Origin: Dickeya solani IPO 2222 | Lineage (GTDB): Bacteria > Pseudomonadota > Gammaproteobacteria > Enterobacterales > Enterobacteriaceae | Length of the DNA stretch: 32,000 bases | Direction: 5' to 3' | Assembly (NCBI RefSeq): GCF_001644705.1 | Contig: NZ_CP015137.1 | Span: 870,001-902,000, forward strand | Shown here: positions 8,291 to 19,439 of the stretch, piece by piece | How positions within the stretch are numbered: the first letter of the stretch is position 1 | How the letters are laid out: each line of letters opens with the position of its first letter | Program-made: the position numbers and the translations under genes | Notes under the pieces: generated by a model | Database searches by the model: none | What the model saw: only the letters and a program-made list of their open reading frames with translations | What the model was told of the DNA's origin: nothing

Positions 8291-9904
8291 CTATCCTTCC
8301 ATTCTCATCAATCGGGTTATCCCAAACAGCGGGATCATCCCCACGCCCACCAGCATCAGCGCGGGGGTCGCTACCAGCGGCAGCCGTTCATCCATCATGA
8401 AGCGGAACACGTAGGTCGCCATGGTTTCCACTTCAAACGGCTGTAGCAACAGCGATGCATTCAGCTCACGCAGGCTTTCGGTAAACACCAGCAAGACGCC
8501 GACAATCAGGCAGTGACGCAACTGCGGCAGATAGACCCACAGTACCTGCAGGGCTGGCGTGTAGCCAAGCGACTGGCTGACATGATTCATAGCGCCCGAC
8601 AGGCGGGACATACGGATTTGCAGCCGGTCAATCAGCAAGCCGCTAAAACGCATGCAGTAGGCCAGAATCAGCACCAGCACCGACCCCGCCCAGGGGTCGT
8701 CCACCACACCGCCGGCCGCAGTGCGCCAGGCATCCAGCCCCAGAAACGGCACCAGCAGGCCCATCCCCAACGCCGTCGAAGGCAATAACCGGTTGAGATT
8801 AAGCCAGCGCAACGGATTACGGTAAGCCGGATTGCCGATTGCCCGGAAATCAAACGTGCACACGACTGCCAGCCCAATCACCAGCAACGTCGCGCAAGCG
8901 GCCGCCATGAAGCTACTGGTAAACGCCAGCAAAAACGGCAAACTCCAGATCGGCGCTTCAGACAATATCGCCCAACACACCAGCCGACCGACCGGCACCA
9001 CAAACGCCACCACGACCAGCGCGCCACCAAACAGCATCGTCAGAAAACACGGCCACCCGCGCAGCACCGGTAGGCTTTGCGGGCTGACTCCACTGCTTTT
9101 CTGATAACGCAACTGACGGGCACGACTACGACGCCCCTGAAACCATATCAGGAACACCAGAGGCAGCAGCAACGACATCAATAATGCCGCCGTACCGTGT
9201 TGCGCCTTGTCGCGCCACAAATCCAGACCGGCCGTGGTGATAGTTTGCAAAGAGAAATAAGCGGAAATACCGTAATCGCCGAGCGCTTCCGACGTCATCA
9301 GCACCATGCCAAGCGCGATCGCCGGGCGAGCCATGGGAAACACAACACGCCAAAATACCTGAGCACGGGTCTGGGTCATCAGCCGGGCAGCCTGTTGCAG
9401 ACTAACGGGTTGCGACATCAGCGCCGTTCGAACCAGTAGGTAGACATACGGGAACAGCACCAGCGCCAGACACAGGCTGGCGCACGCCACCATCAACGCC
9501 TGTTGCCAGAATGTTTTGGGCACCATGTCTATATCAAACGACAGAGCGTAGAGCGTTTGCTTGACCGGACCTTCATACCCCAGCGCGTCGCCATAGACCG
9601 CGGCCAGCAGATAACCGGGCATCGCCAGCGGCAGCAACAGCGCCCGATGCAGCCACACCTGGCCGGTAAAACGGTAGCGCGACATCAGCCAGGCCAGCGG
9701 CAACGCAAACAGCAGGCTGAACAGTACGCAGCCCGCCACCAGCATCAGCGAGTTCATTCCATAAACGGGCAGAGCATGCCATAGCGCCGACACCGCGTCG
9801 CCGGGAGCAGACAACGCCATCCCGACCATAGTCACCAGCGGGAACAGAAGCATTCCTGCTAACAGCACACTACTGATGCGCCAGATACCTGAAGTCATGA
9901 GCAA
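8291..9904 (-). CDS. fused two-domain ABC importer permease (FbpB/ThiP-like, about 12 TM)
   Basis: 537-aa hydrophobic ORF with two internally repeated halves, each carrying a diverged EAA-loop region (QQAARLMTQTRAQVFWRVVFP; VSQSLGYTPALQVLWVYLP). The track start at 9904 is TTG and the likely ATG is at 9898. There is no obvious SD. The stop lies 7 nt upstream of the ATPase start. Confidence 0.85.
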   Translation of the reverse strand: MLMTSGIWRISSVLLAGMLLFPLVTMVGMALSAPGDAVSALWHALPVYGMNSLMLVAGCVLFSLLFALPLAWLMSRYRFTGQVWLHRALLLPLAMPGYLLAAVYGDALGYEGPVKQTLYALSFDIDMVPKTFWQQALMVACASLCLALVLFPYVYLLVRTALMSQPVSLQQAARLMTQTRAQVFWRVVFPMARPAIALGMVLMTSEALGDYGISAYFSLQTITTAGLDLWRDKAQHGTAALLMSLLLPLVFLIWFQGRRSRARQLRYQKSSGVSPQSLPVLRGWPCFLTMLFGGALVVVAFVVPVGRLVCWAILSEAPIWSLPFLLAFTSSFMAAACATLLVIGLAVVCTFDFRAIGNPAYRNPLRWLNLNRLLPSTALGMGLLVPFLGLDAWRTAAGGVVDDPWAGSVLVLILAYCMRFSGLLIDRLQIRMSRLSGAMNHVSQSLGYTPALQVLWVYLPQLRHCLIVGVLLVFTESLRELNASLLLQPFEVETMATYVFRFMMDERLPLVATPALMLVGVGMIPLFGITRLMRMEG

Positions 9905-9918
9905 TCGATGAGATAAAT

Positions 9919-10005
9919 TTACACTGCACTATTAATATCAAAGCCAGACGCTGGCGTCATGGTATCAATCGCTGATAAATAGCAGGTAATCGCGCCATTG
10001 AACAT
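9919..10005 (-). CDS. candidate 28-codon leader/small ORF upstream of the ABC permease (speculative)
   Basis: ATG at 10005 is preceded by acGGAGGgggggt. It translates to MFNGAITCYLSAIDTMTPASGFDINSAV*, and the TAA ends 20 nt before the permease ATG. No homology is known to me. Confidence 0.25.
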   Translation of the reverse strand: MFNGAITCYLSAIDTMTPASGFDINSAV

Positions 10006-10138
10006 ACCCCCCCTCCGTTTGCCCCGCCCGGCGCGGACCTCCGCCTGTTGCGGATATCACGCTGATCTTAATAAAACTTGAAATCCGGTCCGGTAACTGT
10101 GATAACGTCATCTGATGAAAGATGAAACAGGTTGAATT

Positions 10139-10486
10139 ATGAAACATTCCGCGCTGGTGCTGCTCCTGCTTTCGCTGTTGGGCTTCTCCTCCGCCAGTAA
10201 GGCATTGAATGATTTCGAGGCCGAAGACCTCGCCGATCTGACCGCCATTTTTGTTTATCTGAAAAACAACTGTGGTTACAAAGATCTCCCCAACGAGCAA
10301 ATCCGTCGGGCGCTGGTGGTCTTCGCCCAGCAAAATCGCTGGGATTTGAGCAACTACAATCAGTTCGATATGATCGCCCTCGGCGAAGCCAGTTACCGCG
10401 ACCTGAGCGGCATCGCCATCCCCACCCCGAAAAAATGCCAGTATCTGGCACGGAATTCGCTCAGTTTACTCGCGAATACACAGTAA
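10139..10486 (+). CDS. yacC: YacC, PulS/OutS-family periplasmic protein
   Basis: 115-aa ORF with signal peptide MKHSALVLLLLSLLGFSSA/S and two Cys (NNCGY, KKCQY). Resembles E. coli YacC and sits in the conserved position upstream of speE. Confidence 0.85.
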   Translation: MKHSALVLLLLSLLGFSSASKALNDFEAEDLADLTAIFVYLKNNCGYKDLPNEQIRRALVVFAQQNRWDLSNYNQFDMIALGEASYRDLSGIAIPTPKKCQYLARNSLSLLANTQ

Positions 10487-10594
10487 AGCGTAAAATCCTC
10501 CGCATTGCGTGAAATTTGACCGTGCAAGCACCATGAGAGTTAGCTATCATAGCGCGCCAATTTTCATGGCTGTTATCGCGGAGGAAGCCCTAAC

Positions 10595-11458
<864 letters not shown>

Positions 11459-11488
11459 CCACCGGTATCCATAAGGGGGTGAATTAAA

Positions 11489-12283
11489 TTGCAAAAGCTG
11501 AAACTACATGGCTTTAACAATCTGACCAAAAGCCTGAGTTTTTGTATCTACGATATCTGTTACGCCAAAACGCCTGCCGATCGCGATGGCTATATCGCGT
11601 ACATTGACGAGCAGTACAATGCGAACCGTCTGACAGAAATCCTGAGTGAAACCTGTTCTATCATTGGCGCCAATGTTTTGAATATTGCCCGCCAGGATTA
11701 TGAACCGCAGGGCGCCAGCGTCACTATTCTGGTCAGCGAGGAACCGATGGACCCCCGCGATGTGGATACCTCCGAACATCCCGGCCCACTGCCGAACTCC
11801 GTCGTCGCACATCTCGACAAGAGCCATATCTGTGTGCATACCTATCCGGAAAGCCACCCCGGCGGCGGTCTGTGTACCTTTCGTGCGGATATCGAAGTGT
11901 CTACCTGTGGAGTCATTTCGCCGCTCAAGGCGCTCAACTATCTGATTCATCAGTTGGAATCGGATATCGTGACCATCGACTATCGCGTGCGCGGTTTTAC
12001 CCGCGACATCAACGGCATCAAGCATTTCATCGACCATAAAATCAATTCAATTCAGAACTTTATGTCCGACGATATAAAATCGCTCTATCACCTGATGGAC
12101 GTCAACGTTTACCAGGAAAACATTTTTCACACCAAAATGCTGCTGAAGGATTTCGACCTGAAGCACTACCTGTTTAACGTCAGTCCGGAAGAACTGAGCC
12201 CAGAAGAGCGTAAACGTATTACCGATTTGCTGTACCGCGAAATGCAGGAAATCTATTACGGCAGAAACATCGCAACCGTTTGA
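11489..12283 (+). CDS. speD: S-adenosylmethionine decarboxylase proenzyme (pyruvoyl)
   Basis: 264-aa ORF with a TTG start preceded by AAGGGGG. (M)[17 protein letters not shown]... and the [14 protein letters not shown] self-cleavage site are almost identical to E. coli SpeD. Confidence 0.96.
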   Translation: MQKLKLHGFNNLTKSLSFCIYDICYAKTPADRDGYIAYIDEQYNANRLTEILSETCSIIGANVLNIARQDYEPQGASVTILVSEEPMDPRDVDTSEHPGPLPNSVVAHLDKSHICVHTYPESHPGGGLCTFRADIEVSTCGVISPLKALNYLIHQLESDIVTIDYRVRGFTRDINGIKHFIDHKINSIQNFMSDDIKSLYHLMDVNVYQENIFHTKMLLKDFDLKHYLFNVSPEELSPEERKRITDLLYREMQEIYYGRNIATV

Positions 12284-12290
12284 CCATTCA

Positions 12291-12312
12291 CCTGAGGGCG
12301 CCCGCCCTCAGG
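12291..12312 (+). terminator. GC hairpin after speD
   Basis: cctgagggcg-cc-cgccctcagg, with an effective 8-bp stem. The downstream tract is only weakly T-rich. Confidence 0.45.
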
Positions 12313-12357
12313 CTTCCTTCACCACCACATTCCTTTCTCGGGTCCCATTCGCCAAAA

Positions 12358-12404
12358 CCTCTATATATTGCGTGGTTGATATTTAAAAACACAATATCTA
12401 GTAT
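12358..12404 (+). promoter_or_regulatory. nrdHIEF promoter with two NrdR boxes
   Basis: The sigma70-like promoter is TTGATA (12376-12381), a 17-nt spacer, then TAGTAT (12399-12404). Two 16-bp near-palindromes fit the NrdR-box consensus acaCwAtATaTwGtgt: cctctatatattgcgt (12358-12373) and acacaatatctagtat (12389-12404). They are 31 bp apart, and the second overlaps the -10. Confidence 0.6.
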
Positions 12405-12500
12405 TTATAGCGAGACTGGTCACCTTAACTCATTAGGTACAGATTCTTTAACAGCACGCTATCGCCCCCTTTTTCACTCAAAAAAAAGGAAATACGAATC

Positions 12501-12734
12501 ATGACTATTAGTATTTACAGCAAGCCAGACTGCCCCCAATGCGACGCCACCTGCCGCACGCTGGATAACTATGGCGTGACCTACCGCAAGATCGACATCT
12601 CCTGCGATGAGCGAGCGCGGGAACATGTACTGGCGCTCGGCTACCGTCAGGTGCCGGTAGTGGAAACCAACGGGGCGCACTGGTGTGGTTTCCGCCCGGA
12701 TAAACTCCGCTCGCTGCGCGCCGTCACCGCCTGA
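12501..12734 (+). CDS. nrdH: NrdH glutaredoxin-like redoxin
   Basis: 77-aa ORF. The redox motif is CPQC (CVQC in E. coli) and the C-terminal motif is WCGFRPD. It is the first gene of nrdHIEF. SD AAGGAAA. Confidence 0.93.
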   Translation: MTISIYSKPDCPQCDATCRTLDNYGVTYRKIDISCDERAREHVLALGYRQVPVVETNGAHWCGFRPDKLRSLRAVTA

Positions 12735-12741
12735 GACAACG

Positions 12742-13152
12742 ATGATGAATCCGATCATCTATTTCTCCAGCCAGTCGGAAAACACCCATCGGTTCGTCTG
12801 TCGCCTGGGGTTGCCGGCGATGCGGATACCGCTGCAGGCCGATGCGCCGATGCCGGATATCGCCAGTCCGTACATTCTGGTGGTGCCCAGTTACGGTGGC
12901 GGCGGCACCCGCGGGGCGGTTCCCCGTCAGGTCATCCATTTTCTGAACCGATCATCCTGCCGTGCGTTGCTGCGAGGCGTCATCGCCGCTGGTAACCGCA
13001 ACTTTGGCGCCGCCTACGCCATCGCCGGCGACATTATCGCCACCAAATGCCAGGTTCCCTGCCTTTACCGCTTTGAGCTGTCAGGTACCCCGGAAGATGT
13101 AGACAACGTACGCAGAGGAGTGACCCAATTTTGGCTACAGCAGAATTCCTGA
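12742..13152 (+). CDS. nrdI: class Ib ribonucleotide reductase flavodoxin-like assembly protein
   Basis: The homologous start is [18 protein letters not shown] at 12742 (the ORF track opens at 12685). The PSYGGGG motif is present. Confidence 0.92.
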   Translation: MMNPIIYFSSQSENTHRFVCRLGLPAMRIPLQADAPMPDIASPYILVVPSYGGGGTRGAVPRQVIHFLNRSSCRALLRGVIAAGNRNFGAAYAIAGDIIATKCQVPCLYRFELSGTPEDVDNVRRGVTQFWLQQNS

Positions 13153-15278
13153 CCGACGCGCCTTCCAGCCAGCTGGATTACCATGCGCTCAACGCTATGC
13201 TGAACATCTACGACGCCGACGGCCGTATTCAGTTTGAGCAGGATCGGCAGGCCATTCAGGCCTATTTCCGCAACCACGTGCTGCCGCGCACCCGCCATTT
13301 CCCGTCTCTGGAAGAGAAGCTGCGCTGGCTGCAACAGGAAGGGTATTACGAACCCAAGGTACTGGCGCGCTACCAGCCTGACTTCATCGCCGACCTGTTC
13401 CTGCGCGCGGCCGAACATCGTTACCAGTTCCAAAGCTTTCTGGGCGCCTTCAAGTTTTACACCAGCTACGCGCTGAAAACCTTCGACGGCAGCCAGTATC
13501 TGGAAAGCTATGACGACCGGGTGTGCATGGTGGCGCTGACGCTGGCGCAGGGAGACACGCAACTGGCGCAACAGCTGGTGGATGAAATGATGAGCGGCCG
13601 CTTCCAGCCTGCCACGCCGACCTTCCTCAATTGCGGCAAACAGCAGCGCGGCGAGCTGGTGTCCTGCTTTCTGCTGCGTATTGAGGACAACATGGAGTCC
13701 ATCGGCCGGGCTGTCAACTCCGCGCTGCAACTCTCTAAACGCGGCGGCGGCGTAGCCTTTATGCTGACCAATATCCGCGAAACCGGCGCGCCGATAAAAC
13801 GCATCGAAAACCAGTCATCCGGCATCATTCCGATCATGAAAATGCTGGAAGACGCCTTCTCCTACGCTAATCAGCTCGGCGCCCGGCAAGGTGCCGGAGC
13901 AGTTTACCTGCACGCCCATCACCCGGATATTCTGCGCTTTCTTGATACCCGCCGGGAAAACGCCGACGAGAAAATCCGCATCAAAACCCTGTCGCTGGGG
14001 GTAGTCATCCCGGACATTACTCTGCGTCTGGCCCGCGCCAATCAGGATATGCACCTGTTTTCACCCTATGACGTTGAGCGGGTGTATGGCATGCCGCTGT
14101 CGGAAATCAGCGTCAGCGAAAAATATGACGAGCTGGTCAGCCACCCCGGTATTCGCAAATGGACCCTCAACGCCCGCCAGTTTTTCCAGACGCTGGCCGA
14201 GATCCAGTTTGAATCCGGTTATCCCTACCTGATGTTCGAAGATACCGTGAACCGCAATAATCCGATTGCCGGGCGCATCACCATGAGCAACCTGTGCTCG
14301 GAAATTTTGCAGGTCAGCCGCGCCAGCGAGTATCAGGAAGATTTGAATTATCGTCAGGTCGGGAAGGACATTTCCTGTAACCTCGGGTCGCTCAATATTG
14401 CCCGGGTGATGGATGGCGGCAATCTGGCCCGCTCAGTGGACATTGCCGTACGGGCGCTGACAGCCGTGTCCGACATGAGCCATATCGGCGCGGTGCCGTC
14501 TATCGCCAACGGCAATATTGAGTCTCATGCCATCGGTCTGGGGCAGATGAACCTACACGGCTATCTGGCGCGCGAAGGGCTGTTTTACGGTTCGGAAGAG
14601 GCGCTGGATTTTACCAATCTCTACTTTTGTGCTGTGACGTATCACGCCTTGCGCACCTCCAGCTTGCTGGCTCAGGAACATAACCAGACCTTCGCCGGCT
14701 TCGCCGATTCACAGTACGCCAGCGGCGCGTTTTTTGATCGCTATCTGTCGCAGGAGTGGCAACCGGTCACGGGGCGTGTGCGCGAACTGTTCGCTTCCGC
14801 CGGCATTGTGCTGCCTTTACGGGAAGACTGGCTGGCGCTGAAAGCGCAGGTGATGCGCCACGGGCTCTACAATCAGAACCTGCAGGCGGTACCGCCCACC
14901 GGTTCGATTTCCTATATCAATCATGCCACGGCGAGCATCCACCCGATCGTTTCGCGCATCGAAATCCGCAAAGAAGGCAAACTGGGACGGGTTTACTACC
15001 CTGCCCCGTACATGAATAACGACAACCAGCGCTTTTATCAGGACGCCTATGAGATCGGTCCGGAGAAAATCATCGACACCTATGCCGTGGCGACCCGCCA
15101 TGTCGATCAGGGGCTGTCGCTGACGCTATTTTTCCCGGATACCGCCACCACCCGTGATATCAACAAAGCACAGATCTACGCCTGGAAAAAAGGCATCAAG
15201 ACCCTGTATTACATTCGCGTGCGCCAAAAAGCGCTGGAAGGCACCGAGATTCAGGGCTGTGTGTCCTGCTCGCTGTAA
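13131..15278 (+). CDS. nrdE: class Ib ribonucleotide reductase alpha subunit
   Basis: 715-aa ORF with a TTG start overlapping the nrdI end. (M)[20 protein letters not shown] matches the NrdE N-terminus. The C-terminal CVSCSL redox tail is present. Confidence 0.96.
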   Translation: MATAEFLTDAPSSQLDYHALNAMLNIYDADGRIQFEQDRQAIQAYFRNHVLPRTRHFPSLEEKLRWLQQEGYYEPKVLARYQPDFIADLFLRAAEHRYQFQSFLGAFKFYTSYALKTFDGSQYLESYDDRVCMVALTLAQGDTQLAQQLVDEMMSGRFQPATPTFLNCGKQQRGELVSCFLLRIEDNMESIGRAVNSALQLSKRGGGVAFMLTNIRETGAPIKRIENQSSGIIPIMKMLEDAFSYANQLGARQGAGAVYLHAHHPDILRFLDTRRENADEKIRIKTLSLGVVIPDITLRLARANQDMHLFSPYDVERVYGMPLSEISVSEKYDELVSHPGIRKWTLNARQFFQTLAEIQFESGYPYLMFEDTVNRNNPIAGRITMSNLCSEILQVSRASEYQEDLNYRQVGKDISCNLGSLNIARVMDGGNLARSVDIAVRALTAVSDMSHIGAVPSIANGNIESHAIGLGQMNLHGYLAREGLFYGSEEALDFTNLYFCAVTYHALRTSSLLAQEHNQTFAGFADSQYASGAFFDRYLSQEWQPVTGRVRELFASAGIVLPLREDWLALKAQVMRHGLYNQNLQAVPPTGSISYINHATASIHPIVSRIEIRKEGKLGRVYYPAPYMNNDNQRFYQDAYEIGPEKIIDTYAVATRHVDQGLSLTLFFPDTATTRDINKAQIYAWKKGIKTLYYIRVRQKALEGTEIQGCVSCSL

Positions 15279-16295
<1,017 letters not shown>

Positions 16296-16309
16296 GTTCC
16301 GGAAACAAA

Positions 16310-16339
16310 GAAGCCCTGAATCAGATGATTCAGGGCTTC
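16310..16339. terminator. hairpin shared by nrdF (+) and tRNA-Asp (-)
   Basis: Perfect 13-bp stem gaagccctgaatc-agat-gattcagggcttc. On the minus strand it is followed by tttgttt, so it is a proper intrinsic terminator for the tRNA transcript. On the plus strand there is no U-tract. Confidence 0.7.
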
Positions 16340-16347
16340 AGAATAGT

Positions 16348-16424
16348 TGGCGGTGCGGACGGGACTCGAACCCGCGACCCCCGGCGTGACAGGCCGGTAT
16401 TCTAACCGACTGAACTACCGCACC
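16348..16424 (-). tRNA. aspV: tRNA-Asp (GTC)
   Basis: The reverse complement is GGTGCGGTAGTTCAGTCGGTTAGAATACCGGCCTGTCACGCCGGGGGTCGCGGGTTCGAGTCCCGTCCGCACCGCCA: cloverleaf, GTC anticodon, encoded CCA. It lies downstream of dnaQ, as in E. coli. Confidence 0.97.
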
Positions 16425-16449
16425 GCGCTGTGCTCAGTGAGCGAGGTGC

Positions 16450-16478
16450 ATACTACGGTCCGCCATCGGTTGCGTCAA
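16450..16478 (-). promoter_or_regulatory. sigma70 promoter for tRNA-Asp
   Basis: On the minus strand: TTGACG (16478-16473), a 17-nt spacer, TAGTAT (16455-16450), followed by the GC-rich discriminator gcacctcgc about 25 nt before the tRNA 5' end. Confidence 0.55.
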
Positions 16479-16554
16479 CGCTTTTTATCACTAACCGCTT
16501 CTGTTTGCTTACATTTTCAGCGCAGCGCCGCCGTTGTGATCAAAGGCTACAAAC

Positions 16555-17289
16555 TCAGTTACGCCACAGGCAACTGCCGCCCTTTTTCATAATCAAATCC
16601 AAACGTTGCTCATGCGCCACCAATTCTTCGTCGCTGGCATACAATACCGCCAAAGACGACGCCGGACGTGAAATACGCTGGATGGCTTCCGATTGCGCCG
16701 CCTGCTGCTGAGCGTCACCCTCCATCGAAAAGGCCAGCGACGTTTGACCACCGGTCATCGCCAGATAAACTTCGGCCAAAATTTCGGCATCGAGTAACGC
16801 GCCGTGCAGCGTACGCTTGCTGTTATCTATCTGGTAACGATCGCACAACGCATCCAGGTTATTACGCTTGCCGGGAAATAACCGGCGCGCCATCTGCAGG
16901 CTATCGGTGATGGTACAAAACGTCTCGGTTTTCGGGATATCGCGCCTCAGCAACCGGAACTCATAGTCCATAAAGCCGATATCAAACGTCGCGTTATGGA
17001 TCACCAGCTCGGCGCCGCGGATGAAATCGAGAAAATCATTGACGACATCGCCGTAAGTCGGCTTATCCGCCAGAAACTCATCACTGATGCCGTGAATGTT
17101 ATAGGCTTCCGGGTCCACCAGCCGGTCCGGTTTCAGGTAAACATGGAAGTGGCGCCCGGTCAGACGACGGTTTATCACCTCGACCGCACCGATCTCAATA
17201 ATCTTATGCCCTTCATAGTGAACCCCCAGTTTGTTCATACCGGTGGTTTCCGTATCAAGAACGATTTGTCGTGTAATTACAGTGCTCAT
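16555..17289 (-). CDS. dnaQ: DNA polymerase III epsilon subunit (3'-5' proofreading exonuclease)
   Basis: 244-aa ORF. Exo motifs [17 protein letters not shown] and [14 protein letters not shown] are present. Confidence 0.97.
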   Translation of the reverse strand: MSTVITRQIVLDTETTGMNKLGVHYEGHKIIEIGAVEVINRRLTGRHFHVYLKPDRLVDPEAYNIHGISDEFLADKPTYGDVVNDFLDFIRGAELVIHNATFDIGFMDYEFRLLRRDIPKTETFCTITDSLQMARRLFPGKRNNLDALCDRYQIDNSKRTLHGALLDAEILAEVYLAMTGGQTSLAFSMEGDAQQQAAQSEAIQRISRPASSLAVLYASDEELVAHEQRLDLIMKKGGSCLWRN

Positions 17290-17344
17290 CGGTTTCGTTT
17301 ATGTCAGACTTGTACTTTTGACCATGAATAAGAGTCTACCAGAG

Positions 17345-17809
17345 ATGCTAAAACAGGTAGAGATTTTCACCGACGGATCCTGCCTCGGCAATCCCGGTCC
17401 GGGTGGGTACGGGGCGCTGCTGCGCTACAAGCAACACGAAAAAAACCTCAGCGCAGGCTACCGGCTCACCACCAACAACCGGATGGAATTGATGGCGGCC
17501 ATCGCCGCGCTGGAAACCCTGACCACACCTTGCGAGGTGACCATCAGCACCGACAGCCAGTACGTTCGTCAGGGCATTACCAGTTGGATCCACAACTGGA
17601 AAAAGCGCGGCTGGAAAACCGCGGAGAAAAAACCAGTGAAAAACGTCGACCTGTGGCAACGGCTGGATCAGGCTATTCAGCGTCATACGCTGAACTGGCA
17701 ATGGGTGAAAGGCCATGCCGGCCATCCGGAAAACGAACGCTGTGATGAACTGGCCCGTCAGGCTGCCAGCGCACCCACCCTTGATGACACCGGCTATAAG
17801 CCGGAGTAG
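17345..17809 (+). CDS. rnhA: ribonuclease HI
   Basis: The homologous start is [23 protein letters not shown] at 17345 (the ORF track opens at 17231). It is divergent from dnaQ, as in E. coli. Confidence 0.96.
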   Translation: MLKQVEIFTDGSCLGNPGPGGYGALLRYKQHEKNLSAGYRLTTNNRMELMAAIAALETLTTPCEVTISTDSQYVRQGITSWIHNWKKRGWKTAEKKPVKNVDLWQRLDQAIQRHTLNWQWVKGHAGHPENERCDELARQAASAPTLDDTGYKPE

Positions 17810-17844
17810 CCTCAACCGTAATAAACCAGCCTCCCGACCGGCGG

Positions 17845-18567
17845 TCAGTCATGCCGATAACGATAGCTTTTCGTCGCCCCTACCGGGCGATTTAACGGCG
17901 ATTTCCTCAGTCGGGATTTGGTCGGCGTCATCGTCAAAGGAATCGTGCGCTTACGCGCGACAATCAGATTCAAACATCCCAGTAGTGGCAGCGTATTGTT
18001 CCACTTGCCCTGACCGGGTTGACGCCAGGGCAGCACCTGCAAACTATTATGATGCACAATCTCGTAATTCAGCAGGCTCAGCCAATCCATTACCCGCATC
18101 TGGCTGAACATCCGGCTACAATACGGCTGGCGCCGGCGCATACCGGGCACCAAACGCCCTAGCCCAATCAAACTGACCGGATTGAACCCGCTGATGATGA
18201 CCCAGCCATCGTTAATCAAGACTCGGTCCACCTCGCGCACAATCCGGTGAGGATCGGCAGAATAAGCCAGCACATGGGTCAACAAACAGGCATCTACCGA
18301 TTTCTCGACAAATGGAAGCTGGTAGGGGTCAGCCATGACATGCGCCGCCTGCGGTTCCCGACTGACGTTGACCTGATGCGGAATCGTACATGTCTGGCTG
18401 TCTATCGCCGTGCTCAACCGGCCGATTTTCAGCAGATGAAACCCAAATATCCGACTCCACCAAGGGGCCAACGCCGTATTCAGCGTATGAAGATAGTACT
18501 CTCCCCAGGGAATCTCCTCCCAACTATCAGGCACCACGATCTTCTGGGATGTTTGTGCTGGCTTCAT
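17845..18567 (-). CDS. yafS: class I SAM-dependent methyltransferase YafS
   Basis: 240-aa ORF colinear with remembered E. coli YafS (MKPA...HLLKIG...DRVLI-DGW-ISGFNP). Synteny between rnhA and gloB. Confidence 0.85.
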   Translation of the reverse strand: MKPAQTSQKIVVPDSWEEIPWGEYYLHTLNTALAPWWSRIFGFHLLKIGRLSTAIDSQTCTIPHQVNVSREPQAAHVMADPYQLPFVEKSVDACLLTHVLAYSADPHRIVREVDRVLINDGWVIISGFNPVSLIGLGRLVPGMRRRQPYCSRMFSQMRVMDWLSLLNYEIVHHNSLQVLPWRQPGQGKWNNTLPLLGCLNLIVARKRTIPLTMTPTKSRLRKSPLNRPVGATKSYRYRHD

Positions 18568-18613
18568 GTTTTAGTATCTTCCGCAGGCTAATCGCAAAAA
18601 ATGAGGATGCAGC

Positions 18614-19369
18614 ATGAATCTTATCAGTGTACCTGCCTTCAAAGACAACTACATCTGGCTACTGGCCAACGATGAAAAGCAATGCGTCATTGTGGATCCG
18701 GGCGAAGCCGCACCCGCGCTACAGGCGTTGGAAGATCACACGTTGTCCCCTGCCGCCATTCTGTTAACCCATCACCATAACGATCACACAGGCGGTGTCC
18801 GCCAACTGGCGGAACACTACCCCGGTATACAAATTTACGGCCCACAGGAAACCAAACAGTGTGGCGTGACACATACAGTACAGGAAGGCGACATCATTAC
18901 TGCGGCCGGCTCGGAATTTTCTATTTTTTTCGTGCCCGGGCATACCGCAGGACATATCGCGTATCATAGCCGTCCATATCTGTTCTGTGGCGATACGTTA
19001 TTTTCTGCTGGGTGCGGTCGCATTTTTGAAGGTACAGCACAACAAATGTTCGAATCATTGATCAAGTTGGCTGATTTACCCGATGAAACCCAAGTATGTT
19101 GTGCACATGAGTACACATTATCCAATCTGGAGTTCGCGCACCACGTTTGGCCAGAAGATGCAGATATTCATGATTATCTACTTAAAATCAGGCAATTACG
19201 TGAAAAAGGAGAATCATCTCTCCCTTCAACACTGGGGCGGGAACAAAGAATAAATATTTTTTTACGTTACCATGACATTGATTTAAAAAGAAAATTGTCA
19301 ATTAACACGGACCACAAGGGCGATTGGCAGATTTTTGCGCACTTACGCGCCATGAAAGACCGATTCTGA
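18614..19369 (+). CDS. gloB: hydroxyacylglutathione hydrolase (glyoxalase II)
   Basis: 251-aa ORF. THHHNDHTGG metallo-beta-lactamase motif and the C-terminal CAHEYTLSNLEFA segment. Confidence 0.95.
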   Translation: MNLISVPAFKDNYIWLLANDEKQCVIVDPGEAAPALQALEDHTLSPAAILLTHHHNDHTGGVRQLAEHYPGIQIYGPQETKQCGVTHTVQEGDIITAAGSEFSIFFVPGHTAGHIAYHSRPYLFCGDTLFSAGCGRIFEGTAQQMFESLIKLADLPDETQVCCAHEYTLSNLEFAHHVWPEDADIHDYLLKIRQLREKGESSLPSTLGREQRINIFLRYHDIDLKRKLSINTDHKGDWQIFAHLRAMKDRF

Positions 19370-19439
19370 CGGTTTTTGTTGTACTGAATTGCCAATCAAA
19401 GTATCATTGTTTGTCTTTTAAGCAACTATTGACACATAT

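Noticed and set aside
9905-10138. A possible riboswitch (thi-box) or Fur box controlling the ABC operon
   Set aside because: I could not find the TPP-riboswitch core strings (for example ctgaga ... acctgatctggataatgccagcg-like). The best Fur-like match (gatattaatagt, inside the sORF) fits only about 9 of 12 positions of a half-site pattern. This is too weak to call without a covariance-model or PWM scan.
12280-12504. 74-aa ORF spanning the speD-nrdH intergenic region
   Set aside because: It overlaps the speD stop, the terminator, the NrdR boxes/promoter and the nrdH SD. It has no SD of its own and an implausible sequence.
16296-16554. Genomic-island insertion at the tRNA-Asp (aspV) 3' end
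   Set aside because: Only 52 bp separate the tRNA from nrdF, and they are occupied by a terminator hairpin. I see no integrase, no partial tRNA direct repeat and no foreign genes.
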